Positions 48,101-59,449 of a DNA stretch of 64,000 nucleotides are shown one piece after another. The DNA comes from Macrostomum lignano (taxonomy: Eukaryota). The notes beneath the pieces were generated by a model. That model did no database searches. It saw nothing but the letters and a program-made list of their open reading frames with translations, and was not told where the DNA came from. The DNA lies in contig NIVC01002205.1 in assembly GCA_002269645.1 (NCBI GenBank), positions 124,001 to 188,000 of the forward strand, read 5' to 3'. The position numbers and the translations under genes were made by a program. Position 1 is the first letter of the stretch. Every line of letters starts with the position of its first letter.

Positions 48101-50190
48101 TTTTAGGATTTTAAACTCGAAAGTTGATTTTACTTGAAATAGTTAACAAGGTTTTGAATTAATGGAGAATTAAGAAAGAATTTCGCCCTTGTATTTTTTT
48201 CGATTAAAAAGAACCAAACTCGCAAAATTGAAAGTTTGCAACTACGGACTCTTGTGTTCAAGAAGTAAAATAAATAAAAACGTAAAAATGCTCCAAAAGG
48301 ATGTTAAATTCATTGATAAATGCAAAAGACGAAAAAAGCCTATAAATGATATCTCGAGTGCTAGAGTAAATAATGAAATTTAATTATCATTATGAATCTA
48401 ACCACCATTTCGCATTCAAGGGTTTAATTAAACTTTTTTAATTCAACTACAAAAATATGATAATATCATATCATTGACATAGGTCACATAGTTAACACAT
48501 AATTTAACATGTGACGAAAAAGATTAGATAGAACAGCTCTAACATTAATGTATATTTTCGTTATGTGTAGGCCTGCGTAGATGTAACATGACCGGGCAGC
48601 CTTACATGTTAATTGGATAATCAACAGAACTTGGAATATTTTTTCTTGACTTTATCTAATCTGTGGAGTGTGGTCGTGGACTCGAGGATAGATCATTTAC
48701 ATTTTCTGTCCTAAAGGCGCGCCCTGTCAGGATTCTAAGCACCCTGACACCATATTTTGTTGTTGTTTTTGTTCTGTTGTTGTTTTGTTGTTATCTAATG
48801 CAAAGTAGTATAGAAAGATTGGCAATCTTCAATCTTCAAGTCAACAAAGCTGCTACTTTCTCAGCTAGGAAAGGGCTCAGTACACTGGAGAGCTCGAAAA
48901 TAATCATCTCAGAGCAAGATAGTTCAGAAATCGTCGAAAAAATAATTTAACGAACGAAACTTGAAGATTGCCAAAAGATTATATGCTTTAATCTTTAAAA
49001 GATAGGGGCCTAGTATTACTTTCAATTTTCTAATATCTTTTAAGATAGAAAATATAGTATTACTAGGACACAATGCAAAAAGACGAGTTTTGTTGCTAGA
49101 GTTTTAAAATTTATTTGATTTTTAGAAATAGCCTAATATTAGTATATAGAAATAACTGTTAGTCTTAGATTAGAACTATTAGTCTTAGAAAATATATATT
49201 GAAATCTTTATTCTTTATAGACCCAACTTATTTAAAAGCTTTTTTGTATAATTGTTGCATAATTCTTTTTTAATTTCTTTTTAATGTCAATGCCTATTTT
49301 AGAACCCTTTTTTATTTAAATAAAAGCTTTGATACTAAGCATCAAAGGATAAAGGGGATGCTATTATCTTCTTAGGCTAGATAACTAGCTTTTATTTAAG
49401 GCTTTTTGCTTTAATTATATATCATTTCCTTAAGCAATAACAAAATTACTATATAATGCCAAAAACTATATATAGTTCATTCAAAGAGTTTTTTCCTTTC
49501 TTTAATCTTTGATTTCTCTCAAACATTAAATGTATCCCATTTTATAGATTCATTATTCATTGATTTAAAAGGGAAAATAATAACAAATAAAAACAAGAGG
49601 CATTAGAAATAACAAGAAAATAAAATAATAAAATATGCATAATTAGAAATTATTTATTCTAATTAGAAATATGCATATAAATATGCAAATAAATAAAATA
49701 TGCATAATTAAATTATAAAGACTTGTATTTGCTAAAAAGATTGCAAGTTTAATTGTAAAATATATTTTTTAAAATAGCTTATTGTATTTTATAGCCAATA
49801 AGTTATATCACACAATATATAATGCTTTTTAAAGCCATTGGTGAGTCATCCTTGGCATAAACTATTCATAAATATCAAATAGACTTAGAATCTAGACATT
49901 AGCCATTGTTTTTTGCTGCCTTTGTCATAGGAATACCATTTTCATTATTCAAACTGTTTAATCACTTTGTAGTAGACCATATACTATTGCTAAATCTCTA
50001 TATACTTAAGCTATTCATAACTAGCAACAAGGTCTATCAGTTGCTCTTAAGACAAATATTTGCACTTATCAAAAGCAGCCCTATCTTCTTGTCCTCTATT
50101 GTCCATATTGTACTATCTAGACTAAACTTACACTTAGATTTCAATATTTTCAACAATTCACTGCATGGTGTATTTTGTTGGGGCCAGACA

Positions 50191-53100
50191 ATGACTAGCT
50201 GGATTTGGTGGCTGCTGGCACTGCTTGTCGTCTCTACATGTCCTGGAAGCCAAGCAGAAGACATGCATGATCACATGCAACATAATATGCATGTTCCTGC
50301 TGACCCAGGTGTCCAGCATGACGGCCACTCCATGCACCATGACCATTCCATGGAGCACGAAAGCGGTTCAACATCGCCCCTAATCGTGCTCATTTTCAAT
50401 GGACTCCGCTATGACCTCCCCGATGTGTATAAGTCTCGCGGCCTCAATTTGTCTAGTTTTGAAATGCTGCTCAAGCAGGGAGTTCGAGCCAGCAAAATGC
50501 GCAGCGTGAACCCAACTGACTCCATGCCAAACTACTGGAGCATGCTGACTGGCTTGTATCCGGAGAGCCACTGCATCCCCTTCGACTCCTTTCTGGACAG
50601 CGACAGGCCTGGCGTGGTCTTTCACAAGACAAACCTCACCAGCCTCAGCGATGCCGCTTGGTTCTACAAGGGCTTCCCGGAGCCTCTGTGGCTCGCCAAC
50701 CAGCGGCAAGGCGGCAAGTCGCTTTTGCTGTTGCCCGGCAAAGCCCTGCTGTTCGGCGGCTCCTCTGGCTCCCCGCAACAGGTGGGCCCAAACAGATAAT
50801 CAATGTCTGATTGCAGACTGGGCAGTGCTGTGAGTGTCTGATTGCAGACTGGGCAGTGCTGTGAGTGTCTGATTGCAAACTGGGCAGTGCTGTGAGTGTC
50901 TGATTGCAGACTGGGCAGTGCTGTGAGTGTCTGATTGCAGACTGGGCAGTGCTGTGAGTGTCTGATTGCAGACTGGGCAGTGCTGTGAGTGTCTGATTGC
51001 AGACTGGGCAGTGCTGTGAGTGTCTGATTGCAGACTGGGCAGTGCTGTGAGTGTCTGATTGCAGACTGGACAGTGCTGTGAGTGTCTGATTGCAGACTGG
51101 GCAGTGCTGTGAGTGTCTGATTGCAGACTGGGCAGTGCTGTGAGTGTCTGATTGCAGACTGGACAGTGCTGTGAGTGTCTGATTGCAGACTGGGCAGTGC
51201 TGTGAGTGTCTGATTGCAGACTGGGCAGTGCTGTGAGTGTCTGATTGCAGACTGGACAGTGCCAGTACAGAATATTCGAAGAATGATGGATTATCTCTGT
51301 TGCGAGTTATGTTTAAATGCTCATAGACTACTAGTGATAGGAACTGAATAATTAGTTTGAATAAAGGCTAATTTTGAAACAGCCTAAAGGATCCATCTGA
51401 ACAATTTGGAAGAATACGATAAACATAACGCTAAAATTGTAGTTTTTATTCACAGTTTGGGTAGGGTAATTTAGTTATATATATATACAGTGGATTTCAT
51501 TGCACTGCAAATTATTTTCGTAAGAGGGATGACTCACCAATCTGAGAAAGTTCTGTGATGCTTGTCATTGTTTTATTGGTCTGTCACTGCCGGTACATGT
51601 ATAATTGGTTGGCCTAAGATTCAAGCAGCCTTCGATCGCAAAGCAAAACTGTTTCCCGGCTCTGCAGCTTCTTAGACTTCTGAAAGAAGCGCACAGATGC
51701 TGGTATAGATTTGAGTACTGAGTCATTCCCGATCCCGCCGGCCTCCAGATCGGCACATCAAGCAACCCGGCCGCCCAGGTGCAGCTTCTGATTGACCTGA
51801 TGGCGAAGCCGGGCACGCATGGCAAGATCAGCTTCGTCCTGATGTACTTTACCGAGCCCGGAGACACCGCGAGAGCTCACGGGCCAGTCAGCAAGGAAGT
51901 AGGCGAGAAACTGGTGGAGCTGGACGGGCATCTGGGCCGGCTGCTTGGCGGCCTTCGACAGCTCGGGATGCTGGACTCCGTCAATCTGGTGGTCACGACT
52001 GATCACGGCATGGCCGCTGTGGACTCCTCCAAGGTGAGCACCTGCATCGAGCGCATCCCGACTGGCTTCATTTTTGGCACTGTTCGGTATCTCACACATT
52101 GAAACTTCACAGTCTCTGGGATCCTCGAAATCAGCCTCCCAGTCCATGCAATGTCTGAGCTGAGTGCCATTACAGCCGTGCCCCTGACTTCACCAATATC
52201 CAAGTCAGTGTCTGAGCTGAGTGCCATTATAGCACCATTCCCCTCAGCATCATTCCCCAGCATCATTCCCCCAGCATCATTCCCCCAGCATCATTCCCCC
52301 AGCATCATTCCCCAGCATCATTCTCCCAGCATCATTCCCCAGCATCATTCCCCCAGCATCATTCCCCAGCATCATTCCCCCAGCATCATTCCCCCAGCAT
52401 CATTCCCCAGCATCATTCCCCTAGCATCACCCCCAGCATCATTCCCCTAGCATCATTCCCCTCAGCATCATTCCCCTCAGCATCATTCCCCCAGCATCAC
52501 CCCTAGCATCACCCCCAGCATCATTCCCCTCAGCATCATTCCCCTCAGCATCATTCCCCAGCATCACCCCCTAGCATCACCCCAGCATCACCCCCTAGCA
52601 TCACCCCCAGCATCACCCCCTAGCATCACCCCCAGCATCATCCCCTAGCATCACCCCCAGCATCATTCCCCAGCATCATTCTCCTCAGAATCATTCCCCC
52701 AGCATCATCCCCTAGCATCACCCCTAGCATCACCCCAGCATCATTCCCCCAGCATCATTCCCTCAGCATCATTCCCCTCAGCATCATTCCCCCAGCATCA
52801 TTCCCCTCAGCATCATTCCCCTCAGCATCATTCCCCCAGCATCACCCTAGCATCATTCCCCTCAGCATCATTCCCCTCAGCATCATTCCCCTCAGCATCA
52901 TTCCCCTCAGCATCATTCCCCTCAGCATCATTCTCCCAGCATCACCCCCTAGCATCACCCCCAGCATCATTCCCCAGCATCACCCCCTAGCATCACCCCA
53001 GCATCATTCCCCCAGCATCACCCCCAGCATCATTCCCCCAGCATCACCCCCTAGCATCACCCCCAGCATCATTCCCCCAGCATCATTCCCCTCAGCATCA

Positions 53101-55105
53101 TTCCCCTCAGCATCATTCCCCAGCATCATTCCCCTCAGCATCATTCCCTCAGCATCATTCCCCCAGCATCACCCCTAGCATCATTCCCTCAGCATCATTC
53201 CCCTCAGCATCATTCTCCCAGCATCACCCCCTAGCATCACCCCCAGCATCATTCCCCCAGCATCACCCCCTAGCATCACCCCCAGCATCATTCCCCAGCA
53301 TCACCCCCTAGCATCACCCCAGCATCATTCCCCCAGCATCACCCCTAGCATCACCCCCAGCATCATTCCCCCAGCATCACCCCCTAGCATCACCCCCAGC
53401 ATCATTCCCCCAGCATCATTCCCCTCAGAATCATTCCCCAGCATCACCCCCTAGCATCACCCCCTAGCATCACCCCCAGCATCATTCCCCAGCATCATTC
53501 CCCTCAGCATCATTTCCCTCAGCATCATTGCCCAGCATCATTCCCAGCATCACCCCCTAGCATCACCCCAGCATCATTCCCCTCAGCATCATTCCCCCAG
53601 CATCATTCCCCTCAGCATCATTCCCCAGCATCACCCCTAGCATCACCCCCTAGCATCACCCCCAGCATCATTCCCCCAGCATCATTCCCCTCAGCATCAT
53701 TTCCCTCAGCATCATTGCCCCAGCATCATTCCCCCAGCATCACCCCCTAGCATCACCCCCAGCATCATTCCCCCAGCATCACCCCCAGCATCATTCCCCC
53801 AGCATCACCCCTAGCATCACCCCCAGCATCATTCCCCCAGCATCATTCCCCTCAGCATCATTCCCCTCAGCATCATTCCCCAGCATCATTCCCTCAGCAT
53901 CATTCCCTCAGCATCATTCCCCAGCATCACCCCTAGCATCATTCCCCTCAGCATCATTCCCTCAGCATCATTCTCCCAGCATCACCCCCTAGCATCACCC
54001 CAGCATCATTCCCCCAGCATCACCCCTAGCATCACCCCAGCATCATTCCCCCAGCATCACCCCTAGCATCACCCCAGCATCATTCCCCCAGCATCACCCC
54101 CTAGCATCACCCCCAGCATCATTCCCCCAGCATCACCCCTAGCATCACCCCCAGCATCATTCCCCAGCATCATTCCCCTCAGAATCATTCCCCCAGCATC
54201 ACCCCTAGCATCACCCCTAGCATCACCCCAGCATCATTCCCCAGCATCATTCCCTCAGCATCATTTCCCTCAGCATCATTGCCCCAGCATCATTCCCCAG
54301 CATCACCCCCTAGCATCACCCCAGCATCATTCCCCCAGCATCATTCCCCTCAGCATCATTCCCATCAGCATCTTTCCTCGGGGAATGATAATCGGGAACG
54401 GGGTACACTGCCTATGCACATTTAAGGCCGAATTGCCTTGAGTTTACTTAGTTTTTATACTCGCTTTGCTGAAATCTTATCTCAGGTGCTCGAGCTTAAC
54501 TCGCTGCTCCCAGCTGACTGGTTCAAGAACCGGCTGAACTTGCCCCCTGGTGCGCAGGCACAGCTGTGGCCAAAGGCTGGTCACCAGCCAGCCGACCTGA
54601 TAAACCGCCTGGCCAAATCCAAGACCGAACTCAGCGTTTGGGACGTCACCCACCTGCCTTCAGAGCTGCGCCTTTCCGGCTGCCGCAGGCGCCTCCCACC
54701 TGTCTATGCGCGCGCCAATCCGCCCTGGCTGCTGCGGCTCAGCGCCGGCGCCCCGCTGCCCCTGGGCGTCAGCGGCTACTCGGCCGATACCGAAGACATG
54801 CGGCCGCTCTGGGTGGCCAGGGGCCCCGACTTTAAGGCCGCCGGAGCTGTGGTGGACCTGCCTCTGGAGTCGTGGACTTTTACCCGCTGGCCTGCCAGCT
54901 GCTGGGCCTGCAGCCGAAGCCCAACAACGGCTCGCTGGCGCGCATCTCCCCGCTGCTAACTCGCTACATCGGCGGCGAGGGATTCCTGGCCACCTTCGCC
55001 GGCGTGCTGCTGCTGTTCTCCTTCTTCGGCGCCATTCTGATCGTCACCGCCGTCATCACTTCGCGACAGCCCGTCAAGACTGTCAGGGGAGAGCTTGGGT
55101 CCTGA
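50191..55105 (+). CDS. ENPP/alkaline phosphodiesterase-fold membrane protein, probably catalytically impaired; exons 50191-50781, 51749-52033, 54486-55105 with apparent 1-nt frameshift near 54871
   Basis: Signal peptide, PTDSMPNYWSMLTGLYPESHCI, PEPLW, YFTEP..HGP..VVTTDHGM, DMRPLWVARGPDF, VDFYPLACQLLGL..PNNGS, C-terminal hydrophobic helix. Confidence 0.82.
50803..51262. repeat. 31-bp intronic minisatellite (~15 copies)
   Basis: gtctgattgcagactgggcagtgctgtgagt, starting ~20 nt after the donor. Confidence 0.96.
52235..54370. repeat. Degenerate ~13-15-bp intronic minisatellite (cagcatcattcccc / tagcatcacccc)
   Basis: ~2.1 kb of low-complexity tandem array inside the last ENPP intron. Confidence 0.96.
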
Positions 55106-55239
55106 CTAACTGGCTCGGAGATTGAGCCAGATTTTTAGTAGTTATTTTCCATTTGACCGCTTGATTGACACCTGCCACCTAGAAATATGCTGCTTGCATG
55201 AAGCGCAACTGTATGCTGGTCTCTGAGCCACTTGTTGAG

Positions 55240-56331
55240 CGAGTAGCTGAGGTGTCCCATGGTGAGGTGCCTGCAATCAAATTAGCTGAGTGAGTAGCTG
55301 AGGTGTCCCATGGTGAGGTACCTGCAATCAAATTGGCTGAGTGAGTAGCTGAGGTGTCCCATGGTGAGGTGCCTGCAATCAAATTAGCTGAGTGAGTAGC
55401 TGAGGTGTCCCATGGTGAGGTACCTGCAATCAAATTGGCTGAGTGAGTAGCTGAGGTGTGTCCAATGATGAGGTGCCTGCAATCAAATTGGCTGAGTGAG
55501 TAGCTGAGGTGTCCCATGTTGAGGTGCCTGCAATCAAATTGGCTGAGTGAGTAGCTGAGGTGTGTCCCATGATGAGGTGCCTGCAATCAAATTGGCTGAG
55601 TGAGTAGCTGAGGTGTGTCCCATGATGAGGTGCCTGCAATCAAATTGGCTGAGTGAGTAGCTGAGGTGTGTCCCATGATGAGGTGCCTGCAATCAAATTG
55701 GCTGAGTGAGTAGCTGAGGTGTGTCCCATGATGAGGTGCCTGCAATCAAATTGGCTGAGTGAGTAGCTGAGGTGTGTCCCATGATGAGGTGCCTGCAATC
55801 AAATTGGCTGAGTGAGTAGCTGAGGTGTGTCCCATGATGAGGTGCCTGCAATCAAATTGGCTGAGTGAGTAGCTGAGGTGTGTCCCATGATGAGGTGCCT
55901 GCAATCAAATTGGCTGAGTGAGTAGCTGAGGTGTGTCCCATGATGAGGTGCCTGCAATCAAATTGGCTGAGTGAGTAGCTGAGGTGTGTCCCATGATGAG
56001 GTGCCTGCAATCAAATTGGCTGAGTGAGTAGCTGAGGTGTGTCCCATGATGAGGTGCCTGCAATCAAATTGGCTGAGTGAGTAGCTGAGGTGTGTCCCAT
56101 GATGAGGTGCCTGCAATCAAATTGGCTGAGTGAGTAGCTGAGGTGTGTCCCATGATGAGGTGCCTGCAATCAAATTGGCTGAGTGAGTAGCTGAGGTGTG
56201 TCCCATGATGAGGTGCCTGCAATCAAATTGGCTGAGTGAGTAGCTGAGGTGTGTCCCATGATGAGGTGCCTGCAATCAAATTGGCTGAGTGAGTAGCTGA
56301 GGTGTGTCCATGATGAGGTGCCTGCAATCAA
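55240..56331. repeat. 51/53-bp minisatellite (~21 copies)
   Basis: gagtgagtagctgaggtgtgtcccatgatgaggtgcctgcaatcaaattggct. Confidence 0.96.
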
Positions 56332-57344
56332 GAGTAAGTAGCAATCGAATCGGCTCAATCAAGGGTTGGGTGCATGCATTCCTGTTTGCCCTCCGGTAGA
56401 AACCCATTCGCCGCAGTCATTTTGATTTTTTTTTCTATTAGAAAGCCACTGTTTTTTCCTTATGCTCTCAATCGATCTTGATCTTGAATCTCTTTTCGGG
56501 ATTCTTTAGGACAACATTATCAATACGCTCGAATGTTAGTGCGTAAAAGTAGCGAGGAAGCAATGTCAATGATTTAAATTTCGTGTTACATCCAACTCAA
56601 ATTTGAAAATCTTGAATCTTGAATTTGAAGCTCAAGACAATTTACCGTATTCAGTCTGTGCCTGCTTCCACCATGCCATGTGCACCACATTGGCGCCCGC
56701 GCTCTCGATCAGTTCAAGGCCAGCTAGGCGCAAGCAGCCCCTCCCAGCCAGGCGAGCGCTCAGTTTATGCCTGCTGTACAGATATTTGACCTACTCGACT
56801 TTCCATTGACTCAACCTGTACCTTCCGGTTTTCGGTGTCTTTTTAACACAGTAAATTTTATCGCGTCTTCTGCCACCTCTGGCCAGTCATAACCCAGACA
56901 TTTCGCGTGGAACAATAATGACGATTTCGATTTTTATTGAAGCCCGCTAATCATGCCAATTTACTTCTTAAATAAACAGCCTGAAGCTGGCACTTTGAAC
57001 TGGACTTTGTTATACTTTTTTCGATGAGCTGGACCCCAATGCAGGGTGTGTGACGCCTTCGGCCGATGCTTTTCTCCTTATTCCACTGACTCTTCTCGGC
57101 ACACCGGATGTGCAGCTGTCATGACTCCCATTTTCATGTAGGTATTTGCGCTTCTATGCTGTGTCCTTTGACACTGGCCATCATTCGTACCAGATTCACA
57201 AGCTCTCCCCACATTGATGCCGAATCGAAACCCGGGACCCCCGGCCAATGCAGTCATTTAGACTGAAACAGAGTCAAGTCTTTCAAATCCCTTTTCTTTG
57301 TTTCTTTCTTCTGGCGGCGCGTTGATCCGTTCAGACAGGTTGCC

Positions 57345-59411
57345 ATGACAACCCACTGCCACTGGCTCCGCTGTTTCTGGCATCGGCCGAAGCGCAGGGG
57401 ATCAGTCGTGGCCTGTCTGAGCGGCCTGTGCGCCTTGACCATGTACTGGCTGGGCTGGGGACCCTTTGCCCCCTGCCAGCCCAGTCTCTCCATCACCGAG
57501 CAGCTGCAAGACGCCAACCAGACTGTGAGACTCTTCTATAATTGTTGCGATTCACACTATTGTTGTGTAGGCTGAGCTGTGTCCCTGCTGACCAAGCTGT
57601 GTACCTGCTGACTGAGCTGTGTCCCTGCTGACCAAGCTGTGTACCTGCTGACCAAGCTGTGTCCCTGCTGACCAAGCTGTGTACCTGCTGACTGAGCTGT
57701 GTCCCTGCTGACCAAGCTGTGTACCTGCTGACCAAGCTGTGTACCTGCTGACCAAGCTGTGTCCCTGCTGACTGAGCTGTGTCCCTGCTGACCAAGCTGT
57801 GTACCTGCTGACCAAGCTGTGTCCCTGCTGACCAAGCTGTGTACCTGCTGACCAAGCTGTGTCCCTGCTGACCAAGCTGTGTCCCTGCTGACTGAGCTGT
57901 GTACCTGCTGACCAAGCTGTGTCCCTGCTGACCAAGCTGTGTCCCTGCTGACTGAGCTGTGTCCCTGCTGACTGAGCTGTGTACCTGCTGACTGAGCTGT
58001 GTACCTGCTGACCAAGCTGTGTCCCTGCTGACTGAGCTGTGTCCCTGCTGCCTGAGCTGTGTCCCTGCTGACTGAGCTGTGTCCCTGCTGACTGAGCTGT
58101 GTCCCTACTGACCGAGCTGTGTCCTGCTGACTGAGCTGTGTCCCTGCTGACTGAGCTGTGTCCCTGCTGACTGAGCTGTGTCCCTACTGACCGAGCTGTG
58201 TCCCTACTGACCGAGCTGTGTACCTGCTGACTGAGCTGTGTACCTGCTGACTGAGCTGTTACCTGCTGACTGAGCTGTGTACCTGCTGACCAAGCTGTGT
58301 CCCTGCTGACTGAGCTGTGTCCCTGCTGCCTGAGCTGTGTCCCTGCTGACTGAGCTGTGTCCCTGCTGACTGAGCTGTGTCCCTACTGACCGAGCTGTGT
58401 CCCTGCTGACTGAGCTGTGTCCCTGCTGACTGAGCTGTGTCCCTACTGACCGAGCTGTGTCCCTGCTGACTGAGCTGTGCCATATTTTGATACATTTGCT
58501 CATTTGCCAGCATGCAGTGACTGTCAGCGCTCCCCCATGCCAGGTGGTTTACTCGGTGACCGCGGATCACCCGTTCGTCTTCATAGGCGGCATGCCCCGC
58601 AGCGGGACCACCCTCATGCGGACCATCCTTGACGCGCACTCCGCTGTGCGCTGCGGCGTGGAGACTCGCGTTGTGCCGCGCCTGCTGCAACTGCTGACCC
58701 GGTGGGAGACCGAGAAGCTCGAGTCGCAGCGGCTGAGGGCGGCCGGCATTTTGGGCCGCCCTCTGGAGGCCGCCACTGCCGCCTTCATCATGCAGGTGAG
58801 GCTGCGGCGGGAACAGACTAAGTAAGGCACCTTTCCAATGGCAAAAATTCAGCTGGCGGGTGCCAGGGACTACTTTAATACTGGGTCATGAAACGACAAA
58901 AGCTGGAGGCTTTACCACAGAGTTTTTGTCTGTGGTAAAAAGCAAACCTATTTATCCAATTCATGCTTTTCAAGAATTCGAGATCGGCCTCTAACACTTG
59001 CTGCTTCCCGTCCCTTAGGAGGGCACAGAGCCAGAATTTAGAGGACTTTTCAAGGTTTTTTGGCTGAATTGACTTGTGAATTCGCTTTGGATAGAGGTGC
59101 CAAACACGTAGTAGGGGAGGGGGGTGTTCTTATCTCGCTTGTGCATTGTTATGAAAACGGGTCTTCGACCACCAAAACTCGCCGTGCAGATTCTCATGCG
59201 CAATGGGCCGCCGTCACGCCGCCTCTGCGCCAAGGACCCCTACATCATGGCCCACTCGCGCCTGCTCGGCCGACTGTTTCCCAGCGCTAAGTTCATCCTC
59301 ATGCTGCGGGATGGACGCGCCTTCGTTCACTCGGCTATCAGCAGGAAGATCCGCATCACCGGGTTTGATCTCAACCGGCCCATGGACTGCCTGGCCAGGT
59401 GGAATGCCCAG
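57345..59411 (+). CDS. TPST: Protein-tyrosine sulfotransferase, 5' part; exons 57345-57524, ~58544-58795 (alt acceptor 58511), 59190-59411; 3' exons not in window
   Basis: N-terminal membrane anchor, PFVFIGGMPRSGTTLMRTILDAH..CGVETRVVPR (5'-PSB), LCAKDP..LFPSAKFILMLRDGRA..SAISRK (3'-PB). Confidence 0.9.
57570..58480. repeat. 20-bp intronic minisatellite
   Basis: ctgagctgtgtccctgctga / ccaagctgtgtacctgctga in TPST intron 1. Confidence 0.96.
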
Positions 59412-59449
59412 GTTTGTTGAAGTGCCCGATGGGGTGCTGAGCCAAAACT

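Noticed and set aside
49906-50190. N-terminal extension of the ENPP ORF from a TTG start
   Set aside because: AT-rich and non-coding in style. ATG 50191 gives a clean signal peptide.
57493-58503. SVSRDTAWSAGTQLGQQ ORFs
   Set aside because: Antisense translations of the 20-bp intronic array in TPST.
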